This document shows positions 47,252-52,941 of a stretch of 52,941 nucleotides of DNA, piece after piece. Numbering within the stretch: position 1 is the stretch's first letter; every line of letters begins with the position of its first letter. Source of the stretch: Saprolegnia diclina VS20 (Eukaryota); assembly GCF_000281045.1 (NCBI RefSeq), contig NW_008246084.1:575770-628710 (forward strand). Direction: 5' to 3'. The notes under the pieces are model-generated. The model was not told where the DNA came from. It made no database searches and worked only from the letters and a program-made list of their open reading frames with translations. A program made the position numbers and the translations under genes.

Positions 47252-48109
47252 CCAAAAATATAAAGTCCGCCTGACATCGATCCAAAGTGATCGGTGAGAA
47301 AACCCAGGTGTGCATTACACACCTATATGGAGATCGCTGTGGGAATGGTGTTTTTCGCGAAATATATGTGGGATTCATGCTTTCGCACGCTGTTTCACAC
47401 GCTTTTACACATTGTACACATTGTTTACATGTGTGTTTTGGTGGAAGTCGCATGGATGCGTGCGTTGACCAGCTGTTCCCGACGTTGCCGCCATTCGTTG
47501 TCAGCATTGACGTAACAAAGTGATAGTGGCAGTTCCCAGCCATTCGATGGTCAGCAACCCTCCAGTTGAAGGCTTCGCGGTCGCCCTCTGCGTCTGAACA
47601 TTCGTCTGAGCGAGGATTCGGTGTACACAAGCACTTGTGAGCGAGTGTATCTTTGCCACCAAACGCTGGCGAAGGCGAACGAACATCTCATCGCCTTCTT
47701 CCCGAACAAGTCGACGTGAGTGCTTTCTGGGCGTTGGATACCTTTTCTTTTCGAGTCACGTGATGTTGACTAACTTTTTTTCGGGATGACGACTTGTCTT
47801 TTATTTCGGGACATTGGGATATTATCGCAGTACTGCTGGCGCCAAATATAAGTACAAACGCGCCCCATCCCAGCAGACAACATGGTATGCTGTGACGGTA
47901 CTTCTTAGAGACAACTTCGGCTTCCAAGTCCGAAACTGCACGACACCTGTACTTCAACAAGCGTGTTGGCCAGTGCCGGGCGAGGCGTTTGCTTTGCGAA
48001 TGTGGACTACATTCGGAAATGGCTCGAGCTGATCTGCACGCGGCGCCGTGATTGCATGGTCGCCGAGCGATTCTAACACTACTATATTACTCGACAACAC
48101 CTACTATAG

Positions 48110-49856
48110 TTATAACGAGTCGTCGTCGTCGTCGCCGTCAAGTGAGAGCGACGGCCACAGGTACGGCATGGACGTTCGCATCACTTCAATGCCGTCGGGC
48201 ACGTCCGTATAGAGATCCCACGTTCCTTGGCGGTGCGGCTGCCACGACTTCCGCGGTCGCTGCACCACGACTTTGCCGCACACTGTAAACCGGTAGCCGC
48301 GGTAGAACCGGTCGGCCGAGTCGGTGCGCACAAAGAGCAGTGCGACAAGTCCGATGAGCGAGAGCCACCAGAGGAGCTGCACCTGAAATGCCAGCGCCGC
48401 CACGTTCTTGGCGGTTGTGACGACAAGCAGGCCTTGGCCAATGGCCCACGTCATCGACGAGAGGCCATACATGGTGCCGACGTGGTAAACACCAAACATG
48501 TCGGTGAGAAGACAGACAATCAGCGACGCGCCAGCGTTCGAAGCGAACTGAAGCACGTAAAGCAGCCACTCGACATGCGCAAACTGCGTCATCTTGTCCG
48601 ACTCGAGGTACGCAGCAGGAATCGCAATGCACTGCAGCAGCACGAGACCCGTCAAGCAGACCTTTCGGACGGCCGCGGGGTTGGCATAGAAGACGCGAAT
48701 GCCAACGTCCGAGAGAATCGCCGGTACGAGGCGGCCAAGGAGGTCGACGATCAACCCGTGCAGGCGCAGCGTCTTGACAGCGTCGTCCGAGAGGCTGTAA
48801 ATGTCTTGTAGTGGACAGCGCAAGGTCGCCACCGCCGTCATGTTGTTGTAGAACAAGCCGACGATGCAGTTGGCCGTGAGCGCAACCAAGAGGCAGACAA
48901 AGTCGGCCGAGAAGATGCACTGGGGCAATGACATGGCCTTGACTTGTTCGTGGTACCGTCGGTCGGTACCCTCAACAAACGAGTTGCTCCGGCGCGTGAC
49001 CGCGTTGTAGTTGACAAGCGTCATGCCAATACGGAGGTACTCGTCTTGGACGAGGTCGACACTCGGAGCTTTCATGGACGGAATGCAGTGCATGTCGTAG
49101 CCGGCGACGCTAAAGTCGGGCGGCGGCGTTCGCACGAGCAGCGTCGCAACGGCCATCGTCGGTACGAGCGTCAGGAGGAGGAGTACAAAGGTGTACTTGA
49201 GGTCCATTCCGGCGGCATTTGTCACGTGATTGTACAGCGAAGCCCAGAGCTGCTTGCCGACACCAAACCCGACGAGGCAAAAACCGGCCACCGAGCCTCT
49301 TGCGTCCGGACACCACTTCATCGCGACCGAAATCGACAGAATCATGATGGCGCTAAACGCCATGGCCACGACAAGCATCCTAGCACGCAGCGCTTAGCCC
49401 CGATCGCTTTATCGACAAAATAGCGTACGCCACGTAAAAGAGAATCCAAGACAGTAGCGACACGGCGAGCAGCGACGCGCTGAGACCGAGCGTGAGAACG
49501 AGTGTCGCGATCGCCATGCTCCAGCGCGGCCCTTGGCGCTCAAAAAGCGGACCGAGGAGCGCTTGTGCGAGGATGCTGAGCACGCCGGCCACGAGGATGA
49601 GCTGGACGGCGCGGGCGTCACTGGTCGGGAAGCCGAAATAGTGATTGATCGGGTCGGGCAGCGCCATGAACGCGTAGAGCGACCCCGAGCAAAACTGAAC
49701 GAGGAAGATCGCACTGAAGAGGTGCAGCCGGTGGAAGAGGAGACAGGTGTGGCGCGGGAAGCGAAGGACATTGGAGGTGAGCGGCCAAAAGAAGACGTAG
49801 CGCTCGGCGTCAACCTCGTAGCACGACTTGGGCGATAGTGTGATGGTCCAGTACAT
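48110..49856 (-). CDS. MFS transporter, OFA-like, copy B (one intron)
   Basis: Paralogous to copy A over its full length, with the same intron position. Confidence 0.85.
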
Positions 49857-50026
49857 TCCAAAGTGACGGCTGGGTCGGATATTGGAGCCATTTTTGTCTG
49901 AACCCAAACATGATGGAGCGATCACCTGCCGTTGAATATGCCACATCTGAACGCTCCTGGTGCAATCTGGATGATGGGCATGTGACCTCCCACCTTGAAT
50001 GTGGTAACGGTTTATGACCAGATGTC

Positions 50027-50806
50027 NNNNNNNNNNNNNNNNNNNNNNNNNNNNNNNNNNNNNNNNNNNNNNNNNNNNNNNNNNNNNNNNNNNNNNNNNN
50101 NNNNNNNNNNNNNNNNNNNNNNNNNNNNNNNNNNNNNNNNNNNNNNNNNNNNNNNNNNNNNNNNNNNNNNNNNNNNNNNNNNNNNNNNNNNNNNNNNNNN
50201 NNNNNNNNNNNNNNNNNNNNNNNNNNNNNNNNNNNNNNNNNNNNNNNNNNNNNNNNNNNNNNNNNNNNNNNNNNNNNNNNNNNNNNNNNNNNNNNNNNNN
50301 NNNNNNNNNNNNNNNNNNNNNNNNNNNNNNNNNNNNNNNNNNNNNNNNNNNNNNNNNNNNNNNNNNNNNNNNNNNNNNNNNNNNNNNNNNNNNNNNNNNN
50401 NNNNNNNNNNNNNNNNNNNNNNNNNNNNNNNNNNNNNNNNNNNNNNNNNNNNNNNNNNNNNNNNNNNNNNNNNNNNNNNNNNNNNNNNNNNNNNNNNNNN
50501 NNNNNNNNNNNNNNNNNNNNNNNNNNNNNNNNNNNNNNNNNNNNNNNNNNNNNNNNNNNNNNNNNNNNNNNNNNNNNNNNNNNNNNNNNNNNNNNNNNNN
50601 NNNNNNNNNNNNNNNNNNNNNNNNNNNNNNNNNNNNNNNNNNNNNNNNNNNNNNNNNNNNNNNNNNNNNNNNNNNNNNNNNNNNNNNNNNNNNNNNNNNN
50701 NNNNNNNNNNNNNNNNNNNNNNNNNNNNNNNNNNNNNNNNNNNNNNNNNNNNNNNNNNNNNNNNNNNNNNNNNNNNNNNNNNNNNNNNNNNNNNNNNNNN
50801 NNNNNN
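50027..50806. other. Assembly gap
   Basis: Run of N. Confidence 1.
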
Positions 50807-51556
50807 ATCCCACGGCTCCGTTTCCGCATGTTACTTTTGTTCTTCGATGGACGAACAGTAGTACAATCCACCCACTCCACCAAGACGACACGACGACACG
50901 CACGGGCAGCGCTCGCCTGCGCTACAGGTGATTGCTAACGGAGCGCCATGGGCCACTATGAACAGCCACTTCTCCTACGCTCTTCACGAGAGCCCTGTAT
51001 GTACAAGTCGTTGCGTCGTTCTTGCAGCGTGAACATGACTTGGTACTGACGTTGACCTCGGCACCCATTTTGATTCGCCATTGGCCAGCCTCTTGGTCTT
51101 GCGTCGAGTGGACACTGTGGTCCCTGATTGACATGAGAGTTCAGCGACCGGATGCCAAGAACGCACCAAAGGGGTACGTTGCTATGTATCTCGTTCACTC
51201 GCTGCCTTCGATCATGGCCTTGGATCGTACTTCCCTTGTGGTGCGTCCAAGCTGGGAGTGGCTACATGGCTGCCGTCACTGGCCCGAACGATGCCCTGAC
51301 AAAAAATCACGTTTCACACACGAGACTCACACCAGCTGGGCAACCTACAGTAGTAGATGCCATCGCCCACTCTGTTTTGCACATGTGTGAAATAGTCGGC
51401 GACGCAAATACACTGTACTGTAGTCATTTCAGGTCAATGGTTTTTCACGCCGTTTGCACCAGTGTGAAATGCGTGAATCTGGACGACGGCCTTTCTCACA
51501 CAATCCGAACGGATCAGGCTGTCTGTCACTTTGGCATTGTACTCGTGGCGAGCAGC

Positions 51557-52941
51557 ATGCTGCGGGGCTACTGGACCATCGCGCTCGATGCCAAGGCGCC
51601 GTACGCCGCGCACGCCGAGCGCCATGTTTTCTTCTGGCCACTCTACAGCGCTACTCTCGAGACGCCGCGCTACAGCTGCCTCGGCTTTCACCGCGGCTAC
51701 GTCTTCTTTGCCACGTTCCTCCTCCAGTTTGCGACCGGCTCCATCTACGCCATCTACTCGGTGTCGGGGCCCATCAACGTATACTTTGGCTTTCCGGAGG
51801 ATAGCAGCAACGCATCGAACGCTGTTGTGATCTCGGGCATCCTCGGCATCCTTGCGCAAGCGCTCCTCGGACCGCTGGTCGAGCGCAAAGGGCCGCGCTT
51901 GAGCCTTGGCGTTAGCACCGGCCTTATGGTCGTTGGGCTCTTGACGGCACAGATCGCGACCGTGCTCCACATGTGGGCCCTCCTCAATATCGGGTACGTG
52001 CCACGATGAACGGCATGTCGGCTGATATCAAGTGATAGGGTCGCGTTCGTAGCCGTTGCGTTTGGTGCCATCATGCTCGCATCCATCTCGACCGCGCTCA
52101 AGTGGGCACCGGACGCCCGCGGGACTGTCACTGGCGTCTGTCTCTTTGGCTTTGGCCTTGGCAAACACGTTTGGGGTCTGCTCTTCGAGTCGCTCCTCGA
52201 TGGCACGGACGCGACGTTCCAGTACCTCTTTTGGGTCCTCCTCGCGGTGCTTCTCTCGACGCTCTCGCTGGCGACGCTCATCATTCGCCTGCCGCCAAGA
52301 GACTTTAGCGTCCGCGGCCACGACATGCACTGCATCCCGTGCGCCAAGGCCCCGAGCGCGAGCCTCGTCCAAGATGAGTTTCTGCACGTGGGCATGACGC
52401 TCGTCAACTACAAGGCGATTGCGCGGCACAGCAGCTCGCTCGTCGAGGGCACGGACCGTCGGTACCACGAGCAAGTCAAGGCTCTGTCGCTGCTGCAGTG
52501 CATCTTCTCGACCGACTTTGCGTTTCTCCTCCTCGCGCTCATCTCCAACTCGACCGTGGGCTTGTTTTACAACGAGATGACCGCCATCCAAGTCCGCTCG
52601 GACCTCCTCAGCGACGTGTACCACATCTCGGATGCGGCCGCCGACGCCGTTCGGCTCCGTGGTGTGGCTGCCGACCTCGCGGGCCGGCTCGTGATGCCGA
52701 TCCTCTCGGACATTTGCATCCGGCTGCTGTACGGCAACCCGGCGTTCGTTCGGAAAGGCTGCTTCTTGGTACTGCTACTGGTGCAGTGCGTGGCGCTGCC
52801 CATAGTCTACGTTTCGTCCAATCAGATGACGGACTTTGCGTCGGTCGAGCGGCTCTTGTATCTGCTGGCGTTTGCCTCCAACTCTGGCGCGGCGCTGCTC
52901 GTGTGCTTCCTCGCCGACATGTTTGGCGTCTACCACGTCGG
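51557..52941 (+). CDS. MFS transporter, OFA-like, copy C (intron 51994-52038; runs off the window end)
   Basis: Inverted paralog of copy A; most of exon 2 is nearly identical to copy A. Confidence 0.85.

Noticed and set aside
49380..50931. ORFs spanning the second N run
   Set aside because: Artefacts of translating through an assembly gap.

Overview
Gene-dense eukaryotic DNA with GC-rich coding sequence, short (~45-65 nt) GT-AG introns and oomycete-type INR/FPR and CCAAT promoter motifs. The gene families point to an oomycete of the Saprolegniales (inference, not a database match). Recognisable genes: RING-H2 E3 ligase, mitochondrial class II fumarase, a secreted protein of seven tandem PFU-like repeats, two F-box/SPRY proteins, PUM3/Puf6, three tandem copies of an uncharacterised multipass membrane family, a half-size ABCB transporter, a claudin-like tetraspan/ankyrin fusion, COP9 subunit 7, a >2500-aa coiled-coil protein, a START-like/FYVE protein and three OFA-like MFS transporters. 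There is one internally deleted PIF/Harbinger-type DNA transposon with intact TIRs and TSD, and two assembly gaps. The most striking observation is an Hv1/VSP-like voltage-sensor domain (degenerate S4) plus an EF-hand-like segment fused to the N-terminus of an intact ABC transporter. No rRNA, tRNA or CRISPR arrays were seen. All domain calls are by eye.
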